The position numbers and the translations under genes were made by a program. A DNA stretch of 64,000 bases from Candidatus Flavonifractor intestinipullorum (GTDB lineage Bacteria > Bacillota > Clostridia > Oscillospirales > Oscillospiraceae), in the NCBI GenBank assembly GCA_019118925.1, contig DWYC01000053.1:73557-137556 (forward strand), given 5' to 3'. The notes beneath the pieces were generated by a model. That model was not told where the DNA came from. It did no database searches and worked only from the letters and a program-made list of their open reading frames with translations. Shown in pieces: positions 1 through 10,186 of the stretch. How positions within the stretch are numbered: position 1 is the stretch's first letter; each line of letters opens with the position of its first letter.

Positions 1-124
1 CGGCAAAGACGGCGGCGAGCTCCTCGTCGCTCTTCTCCCAGGTCAGGAAAAAATCTCCCCCGTACATGGTGTGAACGTCCAGCCGGTCGAGCCGGTCCAG
101 ACAGTCCTGTAAGATTGCGTCCAT
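1..124 (-). CDS. ygeW: Knotted carbamoyltransferase YgeW family, 5' end only (runs off the window edge)
   Basis: Not in the ORF track. ATG at 124 with AAGGAG RBS translates to MDAILQDCLDRLDRLDVHTMYGGDFFLTWEKSDEELAAVFA; DFxLTWE..DEL matches the YgeW N-terminus; directly downstream of ygeY. Confidence 0.8.
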   Translation of the reverse strand, partial: MDAILQDCLDRLDRLDVHTMYGGDFFLTWEKSDEELAAVFA

Positions 125-168
125 ATTCCCGTCTCCTTTTCTCCATTCATGGGCCGTATCCGGCCCCT

Positions 169-1581
169 TTACCGGATGTCGTTGTCCGTCCGGCCCGCCC
201 GGTACTGGACGGCGTCGCCGGTCTTGCGTTCGGGCTTGTACAGGCCGGGCACGGCGGCATATACAGCCGCGCAGGTGACCAGATCCTGTTTCCAGGTGAT
301 CTCATTGGGGGCGTGGGCCTGGCTCTCCGCGCCGGGGCCGAAGCCCACGCAGGGAATGCCGTAGCGCCCCTGAATGGCCACGCCGTTGGTGGAGAAGGTC
401 CACTTGTCGATGAGGGGGCGGCCCTTCCGCAGGTGCATGGCGTCCCGCGCGGGGTCGGCGTCGGCGTGGCCGATGCGCTCCGCTCCCCAGAGGGCGTGGT
501 GGGCGTCCACCAGAGCCTGGACATGGGCGGCGTTCTCCCGGTTGATCCAGGTGGGGAAGTAACACTCGGTCTCATAGACCTCTCCCGTCCAGGAGGGCCG
601 CTGATACCGGTACATGGAGACCTTCACGTCGCCGCCGTACTTCTTTACGCTGGGCAGATCCCGGATCTCCTGAAGGCAGGAGTCCCAGGTCTCTCCGGCG
701 GTCATGCGCCGGTCGATGGAGATGGCGCAGGAGTCGGCCACGGCGCAGCGGCTGGGAGAGGTGAAGAAAATCTCGCTGGTGGTGCAGGTGCCCCGGCCCA
801 GGAACCGGGCGTCCTCATAGTGCTCGGGGTTGTATTTGGGGTCGAGCATTTTTACAAGGCCCTTGATCTCCACCCCCTCGCCGGCGGGATTTTCGTTCAG
901 AGCCCGCACATCCTGGAGAATATCGGCCATTTTGTAGATGGCGTTATCCCCCCGCTCTGGCGCAGAGCCGTGGCAGGAGACGCCGCGCACATCCACCCGG
1001 ATCTCCATACGCCCCCGGTGGCCCCGGTAGATGCCGCCGTCCGTGGGCTCGGTGGAGACCACAAACTCCACCTGTTCCTTCCGGATTCCCTTAGCGGGGA
1101 AGAGGCGGTTGACCAGGTACTGCCAGCACATGCCGTCGCAGTCCTCCTCCTGGACGGTACCCACCACCATGATCCTGCAGCCCTCCGGAATCAGGTCCAG
1201 ATCCTTCATGATTTTGGCGCCGTATACGGCGGCGGCCATGCCGCCCTCCTGGTCGGAGCCGCCCCGGCCGTAGATTACGGCTGCGTCCTCCCACCCCTCG
1301 TAGGGATCGGCGGTCCAGTTGTCCCGGTTGCCCACGCCCACGGTGTCGATGTGGGAATCAAAGGCGATGATCTTCTCGCCCGCGCCCATCCAGCCGATCA
1401 CGTTGCCCAGGCCGTCCACTTCCACCCCATCGTAGCCCAGCTTCTCCATCTCGGCCCGAATGCAGGCCACCACTTCTTTCTCCCCGCAGCTCTCGCTGGG
1501 GCGGGCGATCATGGCCCGCAGAAAGCGGGTCATGTCGGCCTGGTAGCCCCCGGCCGCCGCCCGGATGCGCTCATAATCCAT
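169..1581 (-). CDS. ygeY: YgeY family M20 metallohydrolase
   Basis: [36 protein letters not shown] and FSTNG motifs; start moved to MDYERIR (ATG 1581, GGAGG RBS). Confidence 0.9.
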   Translation of the reverse strand: MDYERIRAAAGGYQADMTRFLRAMIARPSESCGEKEVVACIRAEMEKLGYDGVEVDGLGNVIGWMGAGEKIIAFDSHIDTVGVGNRDNWTADPYEGWEDAAVIYGRGGSDQEGGMAAAVYGAKIMKDLDLIPEGCRIMVVGTVQEEDCDGMCWQYLVNRLFPAKGIRKEQVEFVVSTEPTDGGIYRGHRGRMEIRVDVRGVSCHGSAPERGDNAIYKMADILQDVRALNENPAGEGVEIKGLVKMLDPKYNPEHYEDARFLGRGTCTTSEIFFTSPSRCAVADSCAISIDRRMTAGETWDSCLQEIRDLPSVKKYGGDVKVSMYRYQRPSWTGEVYETECYFPTWINRENAAHVQALVDAHHALWGAERIGHADADPARDAMHLRKGRPLIDKWTFSTNGVAIQGRYGIPCVGFGPGAESQAHAPNEITWKQDLVTCAAVYAAVPGLYKPERKTGDAVQYRAGRTDNDIR

Positions 1582-1658
1582 AAGGTCGCTTCCTCCCTTG
1601 TTCCGGCCATGGGCCGGCTCTCTTTGCGGATGTGCCGTTGGATGTCTCTTCTTAGGGG

Positions 1659-2879
1659 TCACCCGCAGGTGGGGTACTCGCCGCCCCAGACCACCCGGCG
1701 GTATTTCTCCGGGTCGGTGTCTCCCTCGGTGGAGATGAGCAATACCTGACTGAAGCGGTCCAGCTCCAGAGAATCCCGCAGCGGCCGGTAGAATTCCTCC
1801 TCCAGAATGGCGGCCAGCGCGCCCATGCCCACGGCGCCCGACTCGCCGGAGACCACCGCCGGATCTCCGGCGCAGGGGGCCGCCAGCATCCGCATTCCCT
1901 TGGCGCTGACCCAGTCGGGGCAGGAGAGGAACGCGGCGGCGTGGTTGCGCAGGATATCCCAGCCGATGATATTGGGTTCGCCGCAGGCGAGCCCGGCCAT
2001 CATGGTCTCCAGGTCGCCCGTGACGATGCGGGGCGCGCCGTCTCCCGCCGCCGCGCCCCGGTAGAGGCAGTCGGCCGCGGCGGCCTCCAGCACCACCACC
2101 TTGGGCGGTGCGTCGGGAAAACAGTTGTGGAAGAAGCCCTGGACCGCTCCGGCCAGGGAGCCCACCCCCGCCTGGATCAGAATATGGGTGGGGCGGTTTA
2201 CGCCGATCTGGCGCAGCTGCTCGACCGCCTCGGCGGCCATGGTGCCGTAGCCCTCCATAATCCAGGAGGGGATGTCCTCATAGCCCGTCCAGGCTGTGTC
2301 CTGGACCACCACGCCGTTGGGGCACTGGGCGGCCTCGGCGGCCGCCATGCGCACACATTCGTCGTAGTTGACCTCCTCGATGGTGACGGCGGCGCCCTCC
2401 CTGGCAATGTTGTCGAAGCGGACGCGGGAGCTGCCCTTGGGCATGTGGACGACCGCTTTCTGACCCAGCTTGTTGGCCGCCCAGGCCACGCCCCGTCCAT
2501 GGTTGCCGTCGGTGGCCGTAAAGAACGTGGCCTGTCCGAACTCCCGGCGGAACCGCTCGCCGGTCAGGTAGTCATAATCCAGCTCCGACACGTCCCGTCC
2601 CAGCCGCCCGGCAATGTACCTGCCCATGGCGAAGGAACCACCCAGCACTTTAAAGGCGTTTAGCCCAAACCGGTAGGATTCATCTTTTACATAGAGCCCT
2701 CCCAGCCCCAGACGGCCGGCCATCCCCTTCAAGTTGGCCAGGGGGGTCACGGAATACTGGGGGAAACTGCGGTGGAACGCCCGGGCCTTATCTACCCGGT
2801 CCAGGGACATGACGTCCAGCCATGGATCTTCGCTCTTGGGCAGGCGGTTGACCGCCCATCGGATTCGCTCCAGTTCCAT
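1659..2879 (-). CDS. dpaL: Diaminopropionate ammonia-lyase (PLP)
   Basis: [31 protein letters not shown] and MAGLACGE motifs; start uncertain (2879 or 2897). Confidence 0.92.
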   Translation of the reverse strand: MELERIRWAVNRLPKSEDPWLDVMSLDRVDKARAFHRSFPQYSVTPLANLKGMAGRLGLGGLYVKDESYRFGLNAFKVLGGSFAMGRYIAGRLGRDVSELDYDYLTGERFRREFGQATFFTATDGNHGRGVAWAANKLGQKAVVHMPKGSSRVRFDNIAREGAAVTIEEVNYDECVRMAAAEAAQCPNGVVVQDTAWTGYEDIPSWIMEGYGTMAAEAVEQLRQIGVNRPTHILIQAGVGSLAGAVQGFFHNCFPDAPPKVVVLEAAAADCLYRGAAAGDGAPRIVTGDLETMMAGLACGEPNIIGWDILRNHAAAFLSCPDWVSAKGMRMLAAPCAGDPAVVSGESGAVGMGALAAILEEEFYRPLRDSLELDRFSQVLLISTEGDTDPEKYRRVVWGGEYPTCG

Positions 2880-2937
2880 CTCTGCGCTCGCCTCCATTCC
2901 ATCTCCGGGCGCCCTGCGGCCGCCCCGTGTTGGCTTC

Positions 2938-2996
2938 ATCATATCATAGGGAACCCAGAAGTCAAGAGAGAGTTCTGAAAAATTTTCATTCTCTCT
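2938..2996 (-). promoter_or_regulatory. SigA-type promoter of the dpaL operon plus an upstream inverted-repeat operator candidate
   Basis: Minus strand TTGACT-16-(TGn)TATGAT; AGAGAGA..TGAAAA-A-TTTTCA..TCTCTCT dyad at 2965-2996. Confidence 0.55.
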
Positions 2997-3016
2997 AAAA
3001 CAGTTTTTGTCCCATT

Positions 3017-3066
3017 TGAAAAAGCGCGCCGGGCCGGCCCTGTTCGAGGGTCTGGCCCGGCGCACC
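3017..3066 (-). terminator. Rho-independent terminator after the guanylate kinase gene
   Basis: GC-rich hairpin followed by a T-run on the minus strand. Confidence 0.55.
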
Positions 3067-3082
3067 CGGCTGATGTACATTC

Positions 3083-3766
3083 TTACATGGAGAGGATGGC
3101 GTCGGCAAACTCCGAGTGGGGTTTGAGCTCGCCCTGAATGTAGCTCTCCAGGAAGGATTTCATGTTGTTGCGGCTGTAACGGTTGCCATGGATGATCTGG
3201 CCCATGCGGCGGACGGTCTTATCCACCTCGTCGTTGATGAGCACATAGTCGTACTGAGACGCGCAGAGGATGTCCTCTTCCGCACACTCCAGATACTCCT
3301 TGATCTCCTGATCCGTGAGGCTGGTGGACGCCCGGACCCGGCGCTCCAGCTCCGCCCAGGAGGGGGGAACCATAAAAATCAACGTGGCGTCGGGGCACAG
3401 AGCCCGGATCTTCATCGCGCCCATCACATCCACATTCAGGATGACGTTGCGGCCCTCCTTGCGGTTTTCCTCCACCGCCTTGCGCGGAGTGCCATAGCCG
3501 TTATTGTCGATGTAGACATGCTCCAGAAGGGCCTGAGAGCGGACCAGCTGGTCAAATTCCGTCACCGAAATGAAGAAATAGTCCTTCCCGTCCTCCTCGC
3601 CGGGGCGGGGCTCCCGGGTGGTGACCGAGATGGAGCGGCAGGCGATGGGGTGCTCCGAGAGGTACTGGCGGATGACGGTGTTCTTACCCACGCCGTTGGG
3701 TCCGGAGATCACGATCAACTGCCCATATTCTGCGATCTTGTCAAAATAGGTTTTTTCTGTACTCAT
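3083..3766 (-). CDS. gmk: Guanylate kinase family protein
   Basis: P-loop GPNGVGKNT, TTREPRPGEEDGKDYFF, YGTP and YDYVLIND; start at MSTEK (AAGGAGG RBS). Confidence 0.85.
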   Translation of the reverse strand: MSTEKTYFDKIAEYGQLIVISGPNGVGKNTVIRQYLSEHPIACRSISVTTREPRPGEEDGKDYFFISVTEFDQLVRSQALLEHVYIDNNGYGTPRKAVEENRKEGRNVILNVDVMGAMKIRALCPDATLIFMVPPSWAELERRVRASTSLTDQEIKEYLECAEEDILCASQYDYVLINDEVDKTVRRMGQIIHGNRYSRNNMKSFLESYIQGELKPHSEFADAILSM

Positions 3767-3961
3767 ATCGATCCGGCCTCCTTTGAATGTGCACTGCCCC
3801 CAACCACCCGGCGGGCGGAACAAAACGGCGGAACCTCCGTTCTCCGTGGGCTTCTTGTCCTCTTTGAGGAGAACCGGCCGCGCACGGCGGCAGCGCAAAC
3901 GACAGACAGGGTATCGCATCATGGCAAAGTGCTGCATTGCTCCTCTGATACCTGTGGAATT

Positions 3962-3990
3962 ATTGTACCGTCTGCCCGACCATATGTCAA
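3962..3990 (-). promoter_or_regulatory. SigA promoter of gmk
   Basis: TTGACA-17-TACAAT on the minus strand. Confidence 0.7.
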
Positions 3991-4092
3991 GAGAATTACA
4001 CTGGCCCGTTTAGCATCCCGCTGTCAAGAGGAGACCATAATCGGTTTTTGTCCGCTTTTCCCCACCTCCGCGGGCAAATGTCCGGGAAGGCT

Positions 4093-4165
4093 GGTGGAAA
4101 ACGACCCACTCCAGCGCAGGGTTTTCCACATTGTCCACCGAGTTTTCCACAGGTTTAGTGGACAA
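4093..4165. promoter_or_regulatory. Cluster of DnaA-box-like 9-mers upstream of mnmE
   Basis: TTTTCCACC (rev, 4093), TTTTCCACA (4122), TTGTCCACC (4131), TTTTCCACA (4143), TTGTCCACT (rev, 4157); same variants as at oriC. Confidence 0.65.
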
Positions 4166-4313
4166 CTTTTTCCCCATATTTCGCGCTATTAGTTTACATA
4201 ATGTTTATCTTATGGAGAAAAACCAGCGTTTTCACCAAAGGGCGCGCCCGGACGGCTTGCCGCCGCCCCGGCTCCATGGTACAATGAAAAAAACATCCTG
4301 GGAGGGATTCTTG

Positions 4314-5681
4314 ATGCAGGACACGATTGCGGCCGTGGCCACCGGCCCGGTGCGGGCGGCGGTGGGGATTCTCCGGCTCTCGGGGCCCGATGCGATCCGC
4401 GCGGCGGAGGCCGTATTCCGGGCCGAGCGGGGGGAGCGCCTCTCCCAGTGCCCCGACCGCCGGCTGGTGCTGGGCTGGCTGCTGGACCGGGAGGGCCGGA
4501 GGATAGACCAGGTGCTGGCCACCGTCTCCCGGGCCCCCCACAGCTACACCGGGGAGGACACGGCGGAGCTGCAATGCCACGGCTCCCCGGCGGTGCTGGC
4601 CCTGGGGCTGGAGGCCCTTTTTGCCCAGGGCGTCCGCCAGGCGGGACCGGGGGAGTTTACCCGGCGGGCCTTCCTCAACGGCAAGCTGGATCTGATGCAG
4701 GCCGAGGCGGTGGCCGACCTCATCGACGCGGAGACCGGGGCCGCCGCCCGCTGCGCCGGGGGCCAGCTCTCCGGCGTCCTCAGCCGCCGGATTCAGGGGA
4801 TCTATGACGCGCTGGTGGATCTGAGCGCCCATTTTCATGCGGTGCTGGACTATCCTGAGGAGGACATCGACCCCTTTGGCGCCTCCACGCTGGAACAAGC
4901 TCTGGCGGGGGCGGAGCGGGATCTGGCGGCCCTGCTGGACACCTACCGGAGGGGAAAACTCCTGGTGGGCGGCATCCCCTGCGCCATTGTGGGGCGGCCC
5001 AACGCGGGGAAGTCCTCCCTTCTCAACGCCCTGTTGGGGTATGAGCGGGCCATTGTCACCGACATTCCCGGCACCACCCGGGACACGGTGGAGGAAAAAT
5101 GCACCCTGGGCGGGCGGCTGCTGCGGCTCATCGACACCGCCGGTATCCGGGAGAGCGCCGATGCGGTGGAGCGCCTGGGGGTGGAGCGCAGCCGGAGAGC
5201 TCTGGAGGGCGCCGAGCTGGCCCTGGTGCTCTGCGACGGGCGGGATTTCCAGCCCGAGGACCTGGCCCTGGTGCGCCGGGCGCGGGAGAAAGTCCCCCAG
5301 GTACTGCTGGTCTGGACCAAGCGGGACCTCTGGGACGCGCCCCCCGCCCTCCCGGCGGAGGAGCTCCCTCCCGCCGTGGCGGTCAGCAGCCGCACGGGGG
5401 CGGGCCTGACGGAGCTGGAGGCGGCCATTGCCGCCTGCTTCCCCACCGACGAGGCCCAGGATCGGGGCGAACTGCTCACCAACGCCCGCCAGGCCGAGGC
5501 GGCCGGCCGGGCGCTGGAGCTGGTGCGCTCGGCCCGGGCGGGGCTGGCGGCCGGCATTACGCCCGACGCCCTGCTGGTGGATGTGGAGGGCGCCATGGAG
5601 GCCCTGGGAGAGCTCACCGGGCGCAATCTGCGGGAGGATGTGACCGAGCGCATCTTCGCCCGCTTCTGCGTGGGGAAATAA
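4314..5681 (+). CDS. mnmE: tRNA U34 modification GTPase
   Basis: DTIAAVAT, SYTGED, GEFTRRAFLNGK, GRPNAGKSS, GTTRD, DTAG and C-terminal FCVGK. Confidence 0.97.
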   Translation: MQDTIAAVATGPVRAAVGILRLSGPDAIRAAEAVFRAERGERLSQCPDRRLVLGWLLDREGRRIDQVLATVSRAPHSYTGEDTAELQCHGSPAVLALGLEALFAQGVRQAGPGEFTRRAFLNGKLDLMQAEAVADLIDAETGAAARCAGGQLSGVLSRRIQGIYDALVDLSAHFHAVLDYPEEDIDPFGASTLEQALAGAERDLAALLDTYRRGKLLVGGIPCAIVGRPNAGKSSLLNALLGYERAIVTDIPGTTRDTVEEKCTLGGRLLRLIDTAGIRESADAVERLGVERSRRALEGAELALVLCDGRDFQPEDLALVRRAREKVPQVLLVWTKRDLWDAPPALPAEELPPAVAVSSRTGAGLTELEAAIAACFPTDEAQDRGELLTNARQAEAAGRALELVRSARAGLAAGITPDALLVDVEGAMEALGELTGRNLREDVTERIFARFCVGK

Positions 5682-5685
5682 CAGG

Positions 5686-5725
5686 ACCGGGCGGCGGGCC
5701 AACTGGCCCGCCGCCCGGCTGTTTT
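5686..5725. terminator. Terminator hairpin between convergent mnmE and nitroreductase
   Basis: CCGGGCGGCGGGCC..GGCCCGCCGCCCGG stem. Confidence 0.65.
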
Positions 5726-5727
5726 GA

Positions 5728-6234
5728 TCAGATGTACTTAACCCGGCTGGGGTCGAAGAAGCCCCGGGCCCCGGGGGCCTCGTCCGGCTTGCCCACCGCC
5801 ACAATGGCCACGGGGACGCTGGTCACGTTCAGAACCTTCTGGACCGCAGCCGCCCGGTCCTGGGCCGGGTAGCAGCCGCACCAGCAGGTGCCGTAGCCCA
5901 GCTCCACCGCCTGGAGGAGCAGGTTCTCAATGGCCGCGCCGCAGTCCTCCGGCCAGAAGGGGTTGCCCCCGTCCTCCTGCAGGTCGGGCCGGCCGCACAC
6001 CACGACGGCCAGGGAGGCCGTTTTGAGCATCCCACAGTAGGGGTGGACCGCCATCAGGCCGTCCAGGACCTGCCGGTCCTCCACCACCACGAACTCCCAG
6101 GGCCGGGTGTTTCGGGCGCTGGGCGCCATCATGGCGGCCTCCAGCATCTTTTCCACGTCCTCCCGGGGAATGCGGACCCCGGGCTGATATTTCCGGATGC
6201 TCCGGCGGGCGCGGATGGCTTCCGACGTATTCAT
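5728..6234 (-). CDS. Nitroreductase family protein
   Basis: RRSIRKY, APSARNTRPWEFVVV and LGYGTCW motifs. Confidence 0.92.
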   Translation of the reverse strand: MNTSEAIRARRSIRKYQPGVRIPREDVEKMLEAAMMAPSARNTRPWEFVVVEDRQVLDGLMAVHPYCGMLKTASLAVVVCGRPDLQEDGGNPFWPEDCGAAIENLLLQAVELGYGTCWCGCYPAQDRAAAVQKVLNVTSVPVAIVAVGKPDEAPGARGFFDPSRVKYI

Positions 6235-6257
6235 AGAGACAACTCCTTTCCGGTTGG

Positions 6258-6296
6258 AAAACGCTCCCCGCGCGCCGGGCGCACGGGGAGCGTTTT
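6258..6296 (-). terminator. Terminator after PFOR
   Basis: AAAACGCTCCCCG..CGGGGAGCGTTTT hairpin. Confidence 0.7.
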
Positions 6297-6307
6297 GTTT
6301 GCTTTGC

Positions 6308-9300
6308 TTACTTGTAGAGCTCGATGAGCTTGACCAGGTGATCGTAACGCTCCTTGGCAGCCTCTTCGTTCTGGGCGAAGAGCTCCTTGGCCACGTCGGG
6401 GAAGGACCGGGTCAGGGAGGAGTAGCGGGCCTCGTTCATCAGGAACTCCTGATAGCCGCCGGCGGGGGCCTTGGAGTCCAGGGTGAAGGGGTTCTTGCCC
6501 TCCTTCTTCAGCTCGGGATTGAAGCGGAACAGGTTCCAGTAGCCGCAGTCCACGGCCTTCTTCATCTCGCTCTGGCAGTTGGTCATGCCGCCCTTGATGG
6601 AGTGCATCTCACAGGGGGCGTAGCCGATGATGAGGGAGGGGCCGTGGTAGTTGACGGCCTCGTTGATGGCCTTCAGGGTCTGGGACTGGTTGGCGGGGCT
6701 GCCCATGGCCACCTGGGCCACGTAGACGTAGCCGTACTGCATGGCGATCTCGGACAGGCTCTTCTTGGCCACCCGCTTACCGGCGGCGGCAAACTGCGCC
6801 ACCTGGCCGATGTTGGAGGCCTTGGAGGCCTGGCCGCCGGTGTTGGAGTAGACCTCGGTGTCGAAGACGAAGACGTTGACATCCTCGCCGGAGGCCAGCA
6901 CGTGGTCCAGTCCGCCGTAGCCGATGTCGTAGGCCCAGCCGTCGCCGCCGAAGATCCACACGGCCTTCTTGTTCAGGTACTCCTTCTCCTGGAGGACCTC
7001 CTTGCAGTTGGCACACCCGGCCTCGGCGCCCTTCTCCAGCTCGGCAATCAGGGCCTTGGTGGCGGGGCCGTTGGCCGCGCCGTCGTCCTTGGTGTCCAGG
7101 AAGGCCTGGATGGCGGCCTTGGCCTCGGCGGGCGTGGCGTCGGCGGCGGCCATCTCCACCAGCTTGGAGATCAGGCGGTCGCGGATGGCCTTCTGGCCCA
7201 GATACAGGCCCAGGCCGTGCTCGGCGTTATCCTCGAACAGGGAGTTGGCCCAGGCGGGACCCTTGCCCTCCTTGTTGACGGTGTAGGGAGAGGTCGCGGC
7301 GGGACCGCCCCAGATGGAGGAACAGCCGGTGGCGTTGGTGATATACATCCGCTCGCCGCAGACCTGGGTGACCAGGCGGGCATAGGCGGTCTCGGCACAG
7401 CCGGCGCAGGAGCCGGAGAACTCCAGCAGGGGCTGCTTGAACTGGCTCTCCTTAACGGTGGCCACACCCTCCATGTCGGCCTTGGGGGCGACCTCGGAGA
7501 CCATGTAGTCGAACACGTCCTGCTGCTCGGCCTGGGACTCCTGGGGAACCATCTCCAGGGCCTTCACCGGGCAGACCTTGGCGCACACGCCGCAGCCCAT
7601 GCAGTCCAGGGGAGAGACGGCGATAGCGAACTTGTAGACGCCCTTGCCCTTGCCGGCCTTCACGTCCACGATCTTGGCCTGGGCGGGGGCCTTGGCGGCC
7701 TCCTCCTCGGTCAGCGCGTAGGGGCGGATGGTGGCGTGGGGGCAGACGAAGGAGCACTGGTTGCACTGAATGCACTTGGTCTGGTCCCAGGCGGGCACGG
7801 TGACGGCCACGCCGCGCTTCTCATAGGCGGAAGCGCCCTGCTCGAAGGTGCCGTCCACGTGAGCCTCGAACACGGAGACGGGCAGGCTGTCGCCGTCCAT
7901 CTTGTTGATGGGCTCCAGCAGCTCCTTGACCATCTTGACGGTGGCGGGGCGGCCGGTGAGCTTGTCCTCGGCGGGCTTGTCCTCGGCGGTGGCCCAGGAG
8001 GCGGGGACCTCGAACTTGTGGAAGGCGGTGGCGCCGATGTCAATGGCCTTGTGGTTCATATCCACCACATCCTGGCCCTTCTTCAGGTAGGAGTGGGTGG
8101 CGGCGTCCTTCATATACTGGATGGCCTCGGCCTCGGGCATCACCTTGGCCAGGGCGAAGAACGCGGACTGGAGGATGGTGTTGGTGCGCTTGCCCATGCC
8201 GATCTCAATGGCCAGGTCGATGGCGTTGATGGTGTAGACCTGGATGTTGTGCTGAGCGATATAGCGCTTGGCCTCCGCAGGCATGTGGTGGTCCAGCTCC
8301 TCGTCGCTCCACTGGCAGTTGACCAGGAAGATACCGCCGTCCTTCACGTCCCGGACCATGGGGAAGCCCTTGACAATGTAGGAGGGCACATGGCAGGCCA
8401 CGAAGTCGGCCTTGTTGATATAGTAGGGCGCACGGATGGGGTGATCGCCAAAGCGCAGATGGCTGATGGTCACGCCGCCGGTCTTCTTGGAGTCGTACTG
8501 GAAGTACGCCTGAACATACTTGTCGGTGTGGTCGCCGATGATCTTGATGGAGTTCTTGTTGGCGCCGACGGTGCCGTCGCCGCCCAGACCCCAGAACTTG
8601 CACTCGATGGTGCCGGGGGCCGCGGTGTTGGGGCACTCATGCTCGGGCAGGGACAGGTTGGTCACGTCGTCCACAATGCCGATGGTGAACTGGCGCTTGG
8701 CCTGGGCCTTCTGCAGCTCCTCATAGACGGCAAAGACGCTGCTGGGCGGGGTGTCCTTGGAGCCCAGACCATAGCGGCCGCCGATGACGGTGCGGTCGGT
8801 GATGCCGGCGTCGGCCAGAGCGGTGACCACGTCCATATAGAGGGGCTCGCCCTGAGCGCCGGGCTCCTTGGTCCGGTCCAGAACGGCGATCTTCTTGGCG
8901 GTCTCGGGGATGGCGGCCAGGAGCTTGTCGGCCCGGAAGGGGCGGTACAGGCGGACCTTCACCAGGCCCACCTTCTCGCCGTGGGCGTTGAGATAGTCGA
9001 TGACTTCCTCAGCCACGTCGCAGATGGAGCCCATGGCAATGATGACCCGGTCGGCATCGGGCGCGCCGTAGTAGTTGAAGAGCTGGTAGTTGGTGCCCAG
9101 CTTCTCGTTGACCTTGGCCATGTACTCCTCCACGATGCCGGGCACCGCGTCGTAGTACTTGTTGCTGGCCTCACGGTGCTGGAAGAACACGTCGCCGTTC
9201 TCGTGAGAGCCGCGCATCACGGGCCGCTCGGGGTTGAGGGCGCGCTTGCGGAAGGCCTCCACGGCGTCCATGTCCACCATTTCCTTCAGGTCGTCGTAAT

Positions 9301-9859
9301 CCCAGATGGCGACCTTCTGGATCTCGTGGGAGGTACGGAAGCCGTCGAAGAAGTTGATAAAGGGCACACGGGACTTGATGGTGGCCAGGTGGGCCACGGC
9401 GCCCAGGTCCATAACCTCCTGCACGTTGCTCTCGGCCAGCATGGCAAAGCCGGTCTGGCGGCAGGCCATCACGTCGGAGTGATCGCCGAAGATGTTCAGA
9501 GCATGGCTGGCCACGGTGCGGGCGGAGACGTGGAACACGCAGGGCAGCAGCTCGCCGGCGATCTTGTACATATTGGGGATCATCAGCAGCAGGCCCTGGG
9601 AGGCGGTGTAGGTGGTGGTCAGCGCGCCGGCCGCCAGGGAGCCGTGGACGGTACCGGCGGCGCCGGCCTCAGACTCCATCTCAATGACCTTGACGGTGGT
9701 GCCGAAGATGTTCTTCCGGCCCGCCGCCGCCCACTGGTCCACATTGTCGGCCATGGGGCTGGAGGGGGTGATGGGGTAGATACCCGCAACCTCGGTAAAG
9801 GCGTAGGATACATGGGCGGCCGCTGTATTGCCGTCCATCGTTTTCAGCTTTCGAGCCAT
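6308..9859 (-). CDS. nifJ: Pyruvate:ferredoxin (flavodoxin) oxidoreductase
   Basis: YPITPSS, GLGGDGTVGANK, two 4Fe-4S CxxCxxCxxxC motifs, GGDGWAYDIG; 1183 aa. Confidence 0.98.
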   Translation of the reverse strand: MARKLKTMDGNTAAAHVSYAFTEVAGIYPITPSSPMADNVDQWAAAGRKNIFGTTVKVIEMESEAGAAGTVHGSLAAGALTTTYTASQGLLLMIPNMYKIAGELLPCVFHVSARTVASHALNIFGDHSDVMACRQTGFAMLAESNVQEVMDLGAVAHLATIKSRVPFINFFDGFRTSHEIQKVAIWDYDDLKEMVDMDAVEAFRKRALNPERPVMRGSHENGDVFFQHREASNKYYDAVPGIVEEYMAKVNEKLGTNYQLFNYYGAPDADRVIIAMGSICDVAEEVIDYLNAHGEKVGLVKVRLYRPFRADKLLAAIPETAKKIAVLDRTKEPGAQGEPLYMDVVTALADAGITDRTVIGGRYGLGSKDTPPSSVFAVYEELQKAQAKRQFTIGIVDDVTNLSLPEHECPNTAAPGTIECKFWGLGGDGTVGANKNSIKIIGDHTDKYVQAYFQYDSKKTGGVTISHLRFGDHPIRAPYYINKADFVACHVPSYIVKGFPMVRDVKDGGIFLVNCQWSDEELDHHMPAEAKRYIAQHNIQVYTINAIDLAIEIGMGKRTNTILQSAFFALAKVMPEAEAIQYMKDAATHSYLKKGQDVVDMNHKAIDIGATAFHKFEVPASWATAEDKPAEDKLTGRPATVKMVKELLEPINKMDGDSLPVSVFEAHVDGTFEQGASAYEKRGVAVTVPAWDQTKCIQCNQCSFVCPHATIRPYALTEEEAAKAPAQAKIVDVKAGKGKGVYKFAIAVSPLDCMGCGVCAKVCPVKALEMVPQESQAEQQDVFDYMVSEVAPKADMEGVATVKESQFKQPLLEFSGSCAGCAETAYARLVTQVCGERMYITNATGCSSIWGGPAATSPYTVNKEGKGPAWANSLFEDNAEHGLGLYLGQKAIRDRLISKLVEMAAADATPAEAKAAIQAFLDTKDDGAANGPATKALIAELEKGAEAGCANCKEVLQEKEYLNKKAVWIFGGDGWAYDIGYGGLDHVLASGEDVNVFVFDTEVYSNTGGQASKASNIGQVAQFAAAGKRVAKKSLSEIAMQYGYVYVAQVAMGSPANQSQTLKAINEAVNYHGPSLIIGYAPCEMHSIKGGMTNCQSEMKKAVDCGYWNLFRFNPELKKEGKNPFTLDSKAPAGGYQEFLMNEARYSSLTRSFPDVAKELFAQNEEAAKERYDHLVKLIELYK

Positions 9860-10186
9860 GAAACGATTCCTCCTTGTGTGGTTTTCCTTTCAGCAGCATG
9901 TCCATTCTAACACCAACCTCGCTTTTTGTAAATCGCCTGTTCAAATTTCTGATTAAAAAATCAAGGTTATAAATTACTCAGAAGCAATTTATTTTTCTAT
10001 ACTGCCCGTTCTAATTGCAATAGAGGTGAAAATGCGGTATTATGAAAAGACATAGCCGGGCTTTCCCGCGCTTGGAGTGGGGGATTCCCCGGTATTTTTC
10101 CGGTTTTTTGTATTCTTACCGCCTTTTTACGCCCTGCGGCCGCGTTACACGCGGGCTTTATTTTCCAGAGAAAGGTGGATATGTCC

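Noticed and set aside
6197-9910. 1237-aa plus-strand ORF
   Set aside because: Antisense shadow of PFOR caused by high-GC codon bias; no motifs.
9860-10000. Possible Rex operator upstream of PFOR
   Set aside because: AT-rich, but no convincing TTGTGAA-N4-TTCACAA match by eye.
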